NCBI RefSeq assembly: GCF_036321535.1
Contig: NC_087436.1
Coordinates: 89,158,001-89,222,000, forward strand
From: Camelus dromedarius
Lineage: Eukaryota
Length of the DNA stretch: 64,000 nucleotides
Reading direction: 5' to 3'
The notes under the pieces: model-generated
What the model saw: the letters and a program-made list of their open reading frames with translations, nothing else
Told to the model about the DNA's origin: nothing
Database searches by the model: none
In this document: positions 50,370 to 62,806 of the stretch, piece after piece
Position numbering within the stretch: position 1 is the first letter of the stretch
How the letters are laid out: every line of letters starts with the position of its first letter
Program-made: the position numbers and the translations under genes

Positions 50370-51900
50370 TGCATAAGGTCAGAAAAGATGAGTTGGCTCT
50401 TGATCATGAGGGGCTTTAAATTTCACATTTAATAATTTAAACTGTAATACACAGACCACTGATGATTTCTGAGTAGAGGAAGTAATCTAATCAGAGCTAT
50501 GCTTTGATGAAAAGTTCTCTTTGGCAGCAGTTGGATTAGATGTAACTGGAGAGAAGAATCCACAAGAGGGTCAGGAAATACAGCTAACAACACATTATCA
50601 TAGAAGCCAGATAAGAGATAGAAGGGGCATTAGAACCTCAGAGAAGGGTAAGAATTCCACAGACATTGGAGCGTTCTGGTGCACAGAATTGTGGCTGTGA
50701 GGTAGAAGAGTACAGGAATAAATGATAGACATGAGGCTCTGGGCTTCTCTGAATAATAGATAAGGCATTTACTGAAATCGGGAAGGTAAGGTTTTAGGAG
50801 GAACTCAGGATCTGAAGAGGGTATGCTTATTTTTGTTGCTGGTAGAACCTCTAGAGAGAATTATTAGGAAGTAGGAAATTGGGGAGAGGCTATGCTGGGG
50901 GCATGGATTTGGGAACCATCTGTTGAGAAGCAGGAAATGAGACTGTGATTATAGATGATACTGTCGAATTGGAGCAACTGCAGAAAAAGATAAAGAATAT
51001 ACGTATGAAAAATGCCTTTGCTGTACAGAAGGAAGCAGAGCACGAAATAGCAGCATCAAAGGAAGAGAGAGCCAAGAAGTAGGGAAGTGACGTGCTACGA
51101 TAGTGAACCAAGGCTGTTTGTGTGAGCAGAAGGTCTTTGAAACCACAAAGAAGTGGGTTGAAGAATATTGGAATGAGCGGTCCAATTGAAAGAGGTTAAG
51201 GAATATTTGGTGTCTGAAAAAAAGATAGGATGATAGCTCAGCTGAGGAAGTTTCTTTAGGAGAGGCTCCTTCAGAGACAAGATTTGAAGATATATTTTGT
51301 GATTTGAAGACAGAGGAGGATGAATAACATAATAGGTTTAATCAGAGTTGGGAAATGGAAAGTTGGCCTGACAGAAACTGAAGATTATAAAGAATTCTAT
51401 GCCTCTGATGAAAGCGGTTCTGAAATGACTGGTCATGAGATCAAGGCTTGGGTGGGAAGACAAGTAATTCTTGGATGGATGTGGTAGTCTGAAAGAACCG
51501 AAAAAGATCCAGATCAAAGGCACACTGGGATGAAGAGTAGATTCAGTAAGAACAAGAAGCAAAGAAATAAACACTATAGCCTGAGGGTTGACTCAGAGAG
51601 GAGACTTTCTTCGGTTTTGATTTTGGAAGTAGAGTAATTCCACTTATGTTGATGTTCATATAAAATAAGATAGAAATGACAGACACTAGATTGAAGAGCT
51701 TGAGGAACAGGGTTCACAACATAGATGTTGAAGTTATCAAAGGACCATCATTAAAGAACAATGACTGAGAGGGAATGGAGAGGAGGACCACAGTCAAATA
51801 TGAACAACACTGAGTCCAGAAGAATTTACAATGGCCCAAATGTGATGAGTTCAGGCGTGGTTGCTTACAAGGTTTACAAGGTGGTTAATAGAAGCAGGCT
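50370..51900 (-). mobile_element. Long degraded L2 fragment
   Basis: CCACTGATGATTTCTGAGTAGAGGAAGTAATCTAATCAGAGCTATGCTTT, GCATGGATTTGGGAACCATC, GATGTTGAAGTTATCAA; purine-rich antisense L2 character. Confidence 0.65.
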
Positions 51901-52199
51901 AGAGGAATAAAAATAAAAACAAAATAACTTCTTTCAGTGCTTTAATACTTACAATACATCTATAGAACACCTAGCTCAGGCTAGGCACTTCTGGACCTAA
52001 CTAGGTACTAGGCTAGGTACTTCTTTACCTAACTTCAGCAGGGAGGGTCAGATCTCACATCTGATGCAGTGGAACTCTGGAAAGCTACATGACTGTTTCA
52101 TATTAGCTTAGCCAGATTCTTACAGAATTACGTTCAGCGAATTGAACTTTAATATTATATTATCAGATTTTAATACGGTCACCACAATTATGCAATGTG

Positions 52200-52430
52200 C
52201 CATAAAATATTTTAAAGTATTTTTTATCAACATCTACATGTTTGGTTTCCTCTGATTCTCATAAGAATCCCACAAGTGCTACTCTTCTTTTTAAAATGAA
52301 GAAACGAAGCAGAATAAGAGGTTGTTAAAAAAAACTTTACAGAAATCACTCAGCTCATAAATCATAAATAGCACCAAGTTTAGAAACTCACTCTATTGAC
52401 CATAGACTCCACTTTCTCTCTCCATTAACT
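52200..52430 (-). mobile_element. MIR SINE
   Basis: GATTCTCATAAGAATCCC...TTTTAAAATGAAGAAACGAAGC...ATCACTCAGCTCATAA. Confidence 0.6.
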
Positions 52431-54459
52431 TTTAGAAAAGAAGAGTGTACTGTGATAGACATTTCTCTATGCCCAGACATTTCAGGTTTATAGAGAGAAT
52501 AAAAAATGAGTAAGACATAGCCACTCTTTCCTGTCAAAAGAGGAAAAACAGACGTGAAAGCAGGTAAGCCAGGGAAGAAAGGAAGACATAAAGAGAAACC
52601 TGGGGAAAGTTTCTATGATTCGATTATAGAAGCAATGCTTGAGCTGTAAGGCTCAAACATGGGATCTGTGGTGTTCATGGGCTGCTTCTAAGTCAGGTTT
52701 GTGGGTAAATTCTAGAGCATGGCATGAGCTGGTAGAAGAGGTCAACTTCCTCTGGGAGTTCTCATTTCCCAGGGAGGTCATCAATTAGACACTCAGACCT
52801 CCACAGGGTAAAGGGTTCTGAGATGAATGCTGCTTCTTGCCAGTTTGGGGTATAAAAATAATATTAATGATTATAGTGATATATCAGATATGAGGAAATA
52901 TAGAGAGTAATACAACAAGCATGTATTCCTTCTCCATATTCAGTATGGAGACAGTTGAAAATCCCTGTTTACCTGTTTTCTATCTCAGTGCTATTTGTCA
53001 TCCATTCTTGGAATGGTGGTTATCAGCTTCCAGAACATCCTCACTCTCTAAGTTATACATTCATAAACGATGGTACATTGTCCACCTTTTAAAATGTATA
53101 TGGATTGTCCCACATTGTACATATTCTTAACTCTCAGTCAAATGGGTGTGAAGCGTTAACTCATCAATTGCCCCCAGAGTTGATTCTCTTATCATATGTC
53201 CATTTGCCATTGGAATTCTCTAATTCTCACTATAAATCTATGAGTGACTTTTGACTCTTGACCCAGATGTGACTCTGATCATAGTTTTTATTAGAATGGA
53301 TTATTTCTATGAGTGAAAAATGGCAGCAGAGAGTGTCACATTACAAAGAGCACTGATGTTGAATAAGGCTCAAGGTGTTTCCTCTGCAGCGCAACATTGT
53401 CACTGAGGTTAATTCCGGAGAAAACTGCTTAAGATCAGTGATTAACTTTCCCATCTCATGGTTTCTACAATCACCATGATTTTTTTTCCTTCACAGAATA
53501 GAAAACAACAGTATGTCTCTTTATGATTGATCTCAGGCACAGGCCAAAGACACTCGTTCCTCTCTGTTAGAGCAACCCTAAAATATTAAATATAGTAAAA
53601 TTAAATTACCAATATGTGATAATATAATGAACTCCGAATGAGTCGAAGGGTGAAAAACGATCGATTCACTCTGAAAAGACTTGTTTTGAACTGTAAAAAA
53701 GAGAAAAAGTTCTCATGAAATCTGGCAGAGGTTTTCAACTTTCTTCTCAAATCTTGATACTTATTCATGGTTCGCTTTTCCTATTTATTTCCATCTTTTA
53801 ACTTGGAGAGCCTATTCTTTGTGGCTCATACAGTCCACTCCCATTTGTCGATAGCAGACATTCATTTAAGGTAGAAGACTTCATAGAGTGTGGTGTCAGC
53901 CACTGCAGTACCTGACGCAGCCCACAGCCCCCGTGCGAGCTGCTTTAGCTCTCCTGAGTCATCCGGTGTGAGTGAGGAATTTGACTGCGCTGGCCTCTGA
54001 GGAGGCAGTGCTCATTCCTAGACCAAGACCATTCTAGAATGTTTCAACACCCACTTCTAAAGTGAGCTTGTTCCCCACAAACAAGTTACTGTATTGACCT
54101 AAGTGAATTCCAATAATTCAGTTGATAAGTTCATGGAAACCTCTGGGGGAATAAACATCAAAATTACTGGGTCTTTTAAGGATACGATTGATCCTTTTTA
54201 TCTTTATCTTCATTTATAAAAGCAGAGAAACTCAATATCTTCTGGTACATCAAAGTAAATTAAAGTATATTAACTTTTCACTGATTCAGGGTACCCCTTA
54301 TTTATTTTATCCATTTTTTGTTTGTTTGTTTTCTCCCTCATCTACCTAGATTAGTCTTCTGGACTGGTTGTTACACAGTAAATAAATTAATCTACAGTGA
54401 CATTTCCTGAACACTTTAAACAAAGAATTGAGTTATCTACAGGCAACTTTTAGAATTAA

Positions 54460-54780
54460 TATGAGAGTTTAATGAGGTTGTTGGATACGGAACAAACTTA
54501 TACAAGTGAATAGCAATACTTACATATAACTAATTATAAAGTATAATAGATGAAAAAGAAATTTACTTTCATTAGAAACATATATTATAAAGTATCTAAG
54601 ATTCAATCTTATAAAACATTCATGAACTTCTCAAAGAAACAAAGTTGGAAGAAATTATGGTAATTATAAGTTAAGATAGTAGATCAAGTATCTTATAATA
54701 TAGAATCAATTACATCAACAAGAAGATGGATGAAAACTGTATATAATGTAGACAGTTCAATGGATAGACAAAGCAGCATT
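54460..54780 (+). mobile_element. Old L1 ORF2 fragment
   Basis: GAGAGTTTAATGAGGTTGTTGGATAC...GAATAGCAATACTTACATA...AAAGTATCTAAGATTCAATCT. Confidence 0.6.
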
Positions 54781-54899
54781 ATTCTTGATGATTCAGAACT
54801 GAACTATTCTTGCATGAACCAAAAGTAATTTTAGTACTATATTTAGCAGCTACAGTTGATACTGAGCAGTTGTCTCTATCTGCTTACTTTTAGATTCCA

Positions 54900-55412
54900 G
54901 TTCACTCTCAGAATTAAATCTGGCTGAGAATGACAGAACACAAAATAATAGTGGCTTAAAAATCACAGATTTTTCTTAATCTCTCTTAAATTCAATTTGC
55001 AATTTAGCATTCCTAAAATGATATGACAACTCCACAATTATCAAGGAACTGAGTAACTTCTATCTTGTTATTCTTCCATCTTGAACATGTGGGACTTTCA
55101 CCTCCTAGCTTGAGAAGGCTGCTTGAGCTCCAACCATTATACTGGTATTCCATCCAGCAGAAATGAGGAAGAGTGAATAAGAGAATACTCACTTTTTTTT
55201 TTTTAACTGATCCCTACAGAGGTCACACCATGATTTTTTTGGTTGTGTACCATTGAGCCATATGTGTCCCATGATCCATACTTTGCTATAGAAGAAGCTA
55301 AGAAATGTAATCTTTGCTTAGCACAGTCAAATGGCTAGCTGAAACAGGGTTATGCCCCTGAAGAGGAAATAAAGGACAGAAATTTGGGGGACTTCTACAA
55401 GTTTCAACAACA
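54900..55412 (-). mobile_element. Old MaLR LTR (MLT1I/J-like)
   Basis: AAAATAATAGTGGCTTAAA, GGCTGCTTGAGCTCCAACCATTAT...TTCCATCCAGCAGAAA, GAAGCTAAGAAATGTAATCTTT. Confidence 0.75.
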
Positions 55413-55729
55413 TCATTGATTAGCTTCCTGCTGCTATAGTGAAACTCTGTTCACTGATGGCCTTAGAAACAAGAATGAGGTTCAGAGTGAACACTGTTAT
55501 TGATGCAGTTGGCCTTTAAGTTCAGATCAGTTTTGGGAGAAGAGTTTTTTAACTTAATAGTAAAAATATGAATTAACACAATATCTGATACTTGAACACT
55601 TTCTAGCCATATTTTGCATAAAAGAGGCTATTAATATCTATTTTTTTCAAAACACAATTGAAATTCTCATTTCCCATGGCATAGGGTGCCTTTCTACATC
55701 CAATTTCTCTAGGTATTTGTCAAAAAACA

Positions 55730-56515
55730 ATACAGATTCCCAAGAAGAACAGAGCAAATCACTCATAACCTTTGCCTATAACCTGACCAGGAGACAGAGA
55801 GAACCACAACTACAATTCACACATAAGTAGGGAAATGTTTCCAGACCAAGGGAGCCAGGCACAGAGCCCATGCTGGAACTGAGAGTCAGGTGGAAACTAA
55901 GGAAGACAGACAAGGGCAACGGGCACCCAGGGAAGATAAAAGACAAATGCTCTTAACTCTGGACAAAAGGAGTCCCACTGTAAGAGAAGAAATATTGGGG
56001 ACAGGACCAAGACTTGGTAGCTCAGACTACTGAAGGGAAGGAGATTGAAAGTACACACAAGACCAGAGGCTGGAATCTTGTTAAGATACTATTTCTGTAG
56101 ATGAGGAACAACCTTAACGGCTTGGTGATCAAGAAGAAAATGGGAAAAAGTAAAAAATCAAGATTCTTACTAAAATATGAAATAATTGCAAAGTAAGAAG
56201 CTATATCAACACTTTATATAAAGAATAAAAGAAAGCACTATTGATTTTTAGAAACCGTACTTTCCAAGACTAACAGAAAAAGGCCCTCTTCAGCTAAGAA
56301 ATTTTATAATCCACACAAATCACTATTCTTCTGGCTCAGAAAAATCTAAGACATTTCATAATGAACAGAAGATGGCAATCAAAGCCAGTATAAGAAAAAA
56401 AGAGAAATGAGAATCATACGATGTCAGCTGATAAACAGTTCCCCCCAAAACCAACTGTGAAGCAGAGAAAAATTGTAAGAAAACTCCTCCACCTGAACTA
56501 AATGTTGTTAAAATA
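55730..56515 (+). mobile_element. Possible HAL1/old L1 5'-region relic
   Basis: A-rich sense strand with HAL1/L1M 5'-end-like phrasing; assigned by resemblance only. Confidence 0.35.
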
Positions 56516-57019
56516 TCCAGACATCAGTCTACACTTTATAAGTAGTCCTTATACTAAACTCTCTTTATTTTTGAGTGTGCCATCTGTTTTCTGTCAGAAA
56601 TCTCTGTAAGTTTCTTTTTTCTTAACTTGTAAAAGTGGGTATTACAAATTAATACCTAACAGACAAGATAGCTGTGAAGACATTTTAAAGTTATAAAGTA
56701 ACATAGAACTGTTAGTGGGGAAGATTTTACATGCTCCATACTGTGGGGCTCCACTGACTTGGACAGTCACCTGGAATAGTCAAGCTAGAGTGAATAGGTA
56801 AAGATGTCATAAACTCATATTAGGCCCAGATCCAAATCAAAAGAATGGGTTCTGATTAAGATTCTCAGGACAAACCTGAAAGGGCAAGTTAATCTGGTGA
56901 TGGCAGAAAGAACCCAAGCAAGGAAAACGTCAGCTGGTTAACTAATGCTTTAAAGCTCAGAACCTTGTAAGTGACCAAAAGGCTCAGCATTCTGCAACTG
57001 GGGATGGTTGCTTATGTCT

Positions 57020-57340
57020 CTGGGTTTGTCACATGCTGTCTTTTTATCCAGAATGTCTCTTTATCCTAATTCCTACTTGTCACCTCCTCTTGGAAGCCAT
57101 CATGATTTATAGCCTGAGTTAGGTGTCCACCTTCAATGTTCCATTAACCCCTGTGATTATCTCCATCTTTGCTAGTCAAATATTGGAAATATCTATTAAT
57201 TTATCTGACTGTCACCACTAAACTATGAGTTCTTCCAGGACAAAACAAGGCTCATTATCTTTGTGATCCTTAACACCTAACGTGGTGTCTGGTTCATAGT
57301 AAAGTCTCAAAAAATATTTAATAAATCCACCGTGAGTGAA
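57020..57340 (+). mobile_element. L2 3' end
   Basis: TGTCACCTCCTCTTGGAAGCC...CACTAAACTATGAGTTCTTCCAGGACA...GTGTCTGGTTCATAGTAAAGTCTCAAAAAATATTT. Confidence 0.8.
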
Positions 57341-58314
57341 TAAGCAACATCTTAAGTTAAACTATATCGTTAATGCATAAATCACTATTAATACAATACA
57401 CATCACTATTCTCTCCACTAAATGTTATCTATTCAGGAGCTGAAATTAACAGCTTTTAATAGTACCTGGTAGTCCTATTCAAAATATCAGAACAAAAATA
57501 ATACAGGGGAAATGTCACGATGTAAAAATAGTTACCTTAAATGGAACAGCCAGACATGAGAATCAAACAAATGCTCATATGAAATCAAAAATCTGTAGAT
57601 CCCTGAGAGACTCCCCTTCCGCTATCAAATTTAATGTGGATAATTTGTCATTCTATAAGTATATCCCAGTTTTGTTTCATTCATGTTTTACAGACTCTGT
57701 GTATATTTCAGCTCTTGGCTTTAGTGAGTGTTTAAACTGTAAGGTTAAGTAATGTATGTAGATTTTCTATTGGAATCAAGTGGGCCAAAAATCTGAAGCA
57801 CATATTTAATACACAATATTTCCTAGGCAAGAATGACAGGATCCTACCATGAGGAAGCATTCTATTGGGAGTTCTGCATTCTTCCCTTCCTGGTTTATAG
57901 TGAATGGCTCATCAGTTGAGTTAATAGTTTAAATGAGTAATGTAAACAGAGAGCATTATGAACCTGGAAAAAGTAGTTAGCCAGACTTTGATCCATTTCT
58001 GTTATACCACCAGCAGGGAATTATGCTTATTTTGAAAGACAATGCCTTGCTCTTCTTTAATAAGGCTGCAGCTTTTGGAGTATGAATTTATGTACACAAC
58101 CAGTAAGGAAGGGATATTTCTAGCTACAGAGGCTTTGACAGGTGCCAGGAAAGCGTTATGTACATCTCTACACATGTAATTGATGACTGGTTCACTAAAT
58201 ACCCTACTAGTCACAAAATTCAACATTTTTTTCACTGAAGTGCTTTTTTTTTAATTAGTAAAAAACTTATTTTATTTACTGGGATTTTTCAATGCCATTT
58301 ATTTGCAGATGCAT

Positions 58315-58620
58315 TTCTTATTCATTGTTTCATTTGGCTAACAATTTTGTGCATTTAGGACAGGTCCGTTACTCTGGTTGAAGTAAGGAGATAAAGAGCA
58401 CGTGGTCCCTGCCATTGTGAAGTTCACAGTTTACTAGGGGAGACTGACAAATATGCCCCCAAATTGTGCAATATGATAAATACTGTGATGGTATTATGGT
58501 AGTTAACACGGGATAGAAATAGAATAACAAAGGGAGTGTCAGGAGGTGTGGTTCATTTAGAAACAATGGATTATTGAGCAAATTGGGATATTGAATCAAA
58601 TTTGAGTCCAAACTTGTGAA
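58315..58620 (-). mobile_element. L2 3' end
   Basis: ATAAAGAGCACGTGGTCCCTGCCATTGTGAAGTTCACAGTTTACTAGGGGAGACTGACA. Confidence 0.8.
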
Positions 58621-59215
58621 ATGTGAGATTAGATTTAATAACTCTGGACTTCTTCTTTCTTTGGTGAAAAGAAAATAGTTGAAGCTTTTAGGTTATGAAG
58701 TATCCAGGGACATTTCAGTTAAGGGGGGAATGGAAAGGTCTATAAATAATCTAATAACTAATGCTGTCAAGGTTCTGATGCATGGTCAACCCTGTCTGCA
58801 GTCTGAAGTGATGTCTGAGTCACTGAAGTGACAGGCAGGCAAGCGTGAGCAACGTTACCCTTGACTTTAGCACAGTTACCTCGGAGGAGACTGGAGGTGT
58901 CAATATTGAGCCAGTTCCTCAATTCTTAATATCTTGTAACACAGATAATACCAAGAGTTTAGCACAGTAGTGCATCTTAGGTCCTTGGGTCATGACTGTG
59001 TTCCCAGAATGAATCCGTCTCCGGGGTAGAAACGAAAATGCCACAAGAATATACAGCATGCTCAGAAAAGAGCTGGAAGCAAACGTGAGCAATTCATGGG
59101 CTTCTGACAGTGTCAGCTCTCACTCAGGTGCCACATGACCTCTTCATGTGGACCCTAAATCTCCCCACCTTCTCATCCTTTTAGTTGCTGATATTCACCT
59201 GAACCTCAGAACAAT

Positions 59216-60054
59216 ATTTTTTATTTTCTTAAATAGGTTTATTGAGCTATCATATATATACCATTTAATTCATTTACTTAAGTGTACAATTCAATTAGTG
59301 TTTAGCATATGACATTATTAATTTTAAAAATTATGGTAAGAATAAACAATCTCATGATGAATATTAAAACGTTTCCTACTCTATCAGGAAAGAGATGAGG
59401 AAGGTTAGCCATAAATATCGCAGTTATTTTGGTTGTCTTTTAAAATGTTTTTTCTATATAAGTTTTAGACAGAGAGCTATACTCAGAAATAAATTGCATT
59501 CTTACAAAAATGTATTATTAAAAAGGCAATGTTGAATGTAAATTAATACAAACTTCAACTCAAAAACTTATGGTGAGATAGTATATAACATAAAATTGCC
59601 ATTTGGGCATTTAAAGTATATACTTCAGTGACATTAATTGTTTCATAATGTTGTACAACCATCTGCCTATTTTTTCCAAAATTTTTAAATAATCCCAAAC
59701 AGAAACTCTGTACTCATTTAAGCATTACCTCTGTATTCCTCACTCTCCTCAGCTCCTAGTAACCTCTAATCTATTTTCTATCTCCTTGAATTTGCCTAAT
59801 CTAGATATTTCATATAATTGGAATTATACAATATTGATCCTTTTGTGCCTGGGTTATTTTATTTGGCATAATGTTTTCAAGGCTCATAATGTTGTAGCAT
59901 GCATAAAGACTTCATTCCTTTCTATGACTGAATAATATTCCATTGTATGTGTGTGCCACATTTTGTTTATCCATTGATATGTTGGTGGACATGTGGGTTG
60001 TTTTTGCCTTTTGGATACTGTGAATAATATTACTATGAATGTTGGTGTACAAAC
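59216..60054 (-). mobile_element. L1MB-like 3' end, interrupted at 59342-59562, inserted into a MIR
   Basis: TTTATTGAGCTAT...AAGTGTACAATTCA; ATAACATAAAATTGCCATT...CCCAAACAGAAACTCTGTAC; flanking direct repeat CAGAACAAT at 59207-59215 and 60055-60063. Confidence 0.85.
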
Positions 60055-61254
60055 CAGAACAATCCATTTTTATAATCATTATTCAATTACCCTAAGCAGA
60101 TCCATAGACATAACAGATTAAGAGTTAAGTAATTCTACGAAAGTCATTGAAGAAGTCATAGCCAGGAAAAGTATCTAAAGACTACATCCCATTGCACTGT
60201 ATCTTCTAAGACTGATTGCCTTCTCTAGATTAAATATATATTCGCCCTTTACCTGGGTACATTTGGAGCTAAAATGAGATGGAGTTCCATGTGCTACAGA
60301 GGTGTGATATAAAGTGGAAACCAGCATAAATGTAGTTGAATAACTGGCCAAGTAGGTGAGGAGAAGGCCCTTCTAAACCAGAGTGTATAACAGGCTGCTA
60401 TGAATGCTTTCTTAATGTAAAAAGGCTGCACATTTGTAGTCACTGGATCAAAACATCAGCTTAATACTTTCAGTACCTGCAATCTCCAGATTTTATAAAA
60501 CAAAGGTGGATTGCCAGCTAACTTTAGTCAGTCATGTATGGAATCTAAAAGGAATTCAGAGTATGAGAATTGTGGAAGCTACATCCAATTGCATGATACT
60601 TTTCTGAAAACCGGTTTCAATAAGGAAGTCAATTCTGATTCACTGGCTTTTCTCACTGGTGTAAGATGCAGAAAGAACAGTATGGCAAAAGTAAATGACA
60701 GGGGCTAGCTTTGGGAGGATCATTATCTTGGCATAGTCTTCTCTTCCTACCTAATCAGAGTTCACATATTAATAAGTAAACAAAATCAGAAGTTGACAGT
60801 TTAAAGAACAGAGACATGCGAAGCACAGGTTAAGTGTAATGCCACATTAACATCAAGTTAATGGACTGCCTGGGTGGATAAATGAGCTAAACTTACACGT
60901 AGGGTTTGTGCAAGTTGTCATGATGCTACAAGTTTGTGCACGTCCTGTCAAAGACATTGGGGTGCTCTAGTGAATTCTAATCATCTCTTTACAAAAATCT
61001 TGTTCCTTCCTTCCCTGTCAAGATGGAGATAGGTTTGAATTCATCTCAAAGTAGCAGAGATTGCTTGGAAGATGGAAAATCAACTCACAGAAGACATTAT
61101 CATGGCAGTTTATTGGCTTTTAGGCTTCTGAATAGGATTTTAAATTCAGCAAACTTTTTTTTTCTGGTGTAATCTGGGAAATACATCTATTGAAGTTATA
61201 ATTGAATAAAATGAAATCTATTCTCTCAGTGTACTGAAATGTGGACTGTTTGGC

Positions 61255-61490
61255 CCTGTGTTAAAATGTTTGTGCGACTGGTTGTGAGCTAGACTGTGTG
61301 GGTCATACACTCTCTGCTCTTTACTAGCTCTGTGACTTCGGATACATTACCTCATTCATCCTTGGGGTTCCTCAGTCAAATGAGAAAAATGATAAAACCA
61401 AATCTTGGGTGTTGGGAAGGTTCACTGAAGTCATGAAACTCACACGCTTTATAAGTGGTAAGCAGTAAAAACAATGTTAGCTGTTTTGTT
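61255..61490 (+). mobile_element. MIR SINE
   Basis: GAGCTAGACTGTGTGGGTC...CTCTGCTCTTTACTAGCTCTGTGACTTCGGATACATTACC...CAATGTTAGCTGTT. Confidence 0.8.
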
Positions 61491-62647
61491 TCTCAGAGAT
61501 AATATTCATTCCACTTGAAAAGAAGGATTAAATAAACAAATGTATTTTAGATGCTATATTGACCACTGTCTTCAGACACAGTTGCGAAAGCCGAACAGGA
61601 CTCGATGTATCTTTGAAAGAGGCGTGAGATCACTGTGTATTTAAGGACATCAAATGCCATCCAGCTCTCATGTAGAGAAATCCATTTCTACCCTTGGCAC
61701 TCTTTACTAGAATTATTTATAGAGTGTGACAGGGTTTAAAGCGTCCGTGAATTTTACAACAATGAACAAAAACATAGCACCAAGCATTTTCACCTCATCT
61801 CTTTCACCTCTGCCAGGTTAATGGATCCTTCTTTCTTAACTATGTTTTCCCATCAGAGTGTCTGAATAAAAAGGATGACAAGTCCCATCCTAACAAAGGG
61901 AAGGCCTAGAGCCTTTGAGGTCAAGTCATGATTTTAAGACATTCAGTGTTGTTGTTGTTTTAATCCTGTGATCCTAATGCTCACATGTGAGGTGTTTTAT
62001 TAAGAAAAATCCCCATGGTTCTTTTGTAGTTAAGCCTATAAGATCTTAGCTAGCTCTGGGAATACACTGTGCTAGTCTTTTTAAGCACTCACAGATAAGA
62101 TTAGCAAAAAACTGGGGAATGGTAAACACACCTCTGACCAAATCAGTAAAATCACTCATCTCCTCCCCATACCTTATATTTAGCAAACTTCCCTTAAAGG
62201 ACTCCTTGAAAAGGACTTGGCTTAGCACTACATGGAAGATGTTTTCTTCTCTTGCATCGTTCTTCCTTGACTCAATAACTGTAGAAGCCCAAAAAGAAAA
62301 GAGGGGTTGGGCGATAATGAACAAAGCAAACTGCTAGCCTCTAAATGGTAACTGGAATTGGAAAAATTTTGAGGCTGTGATACCAAAATGTAACAGCGTG
62401 ACCTCCAGAGTCCTCCCTACAAGGCATTTTTATAGGACTTCAGAAGATATTTCAGAACCCACATAAACCTTAAACTGGATTGCTTTTTAAAATTTGAAGT
62501 GAAATCAAGATATGTTCAAGTGTTTGCTTTGGACAAAATTGTTAAAGGAAAAAAGTTATGGAAAAATTTAATACTTAGACATCAAAAGATGACTTATAAT
62601 TCTTACAAGCCAGCATGTTTTATGAAAATGGCAAAAACCAAATCTAG

Positions 62648-62806
62648 GGGGAGGGTGTAGCTCAGTGATAGAGTGTGTGCTTAGCACGCACAAGGTCCTG
62701 GGTTCAATCCCCAGTACCTCCACTGGGAAAAAAAAAGATACATAAATAAATCTAATTACCTCCCTCCCCCAGAACAAAACAAAACAAAACAACAAGGACA
62801 AAAAAC
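62648..62806 (+). mobile_element. Camelid tRNA-Ala-derived SINE (vic-1 type), full length with perfect 14-bp TSD
   Basis: A box TAGCTCAGTGA (62658-62668), anticodon-arm remnant GCTTAGCACGC (AGC), B box GGTTCAATCC (62701-62710), AATAAA and CAAAA-rich tail; TSD AAAACCAAATCTAG at 62634-62647 and 62807-62820. Confidence 0.93.

Noticed and set aside
50927..51082. Stop-free + frame reading like a coiled coil (ELEQLQKKIKNIRMKNAFAVQKEAEHEIAASKEERAKK)
   Set aside because: It lies in purine-rich antisense L2 sequence, is bounded by stops, and has no convincing splice acceptor.
51978..52034. Imperfect 25-bp direct repeat (AGGCTAGGCACTTCTGGACCTAACT / AGGCTAGGTACTTCTTTACCTAACT) with a 7-bp spacer
   Set aside because: Only two copies. 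It is best explained as an old local tandem duplication and is not an array.
45371..56605. LTR33-like 5' piece (45371-45545) and 3' piece (about 56520-56605) as ends of a provirus or one split LTR
   Set aside because: The intervening 11 kb contains older L2/MIR elements and no gag/pol remnants, so independent fragments are more plausible.
62648..62722. Possible tRNA-Ala(AGC) gene (also 24515-24600)
   Set aside because: The tRNA-like head continues into a SINE tail and is flanked by a TSD, and the A box is mutated. It is a SINE, not a tRNA gene.
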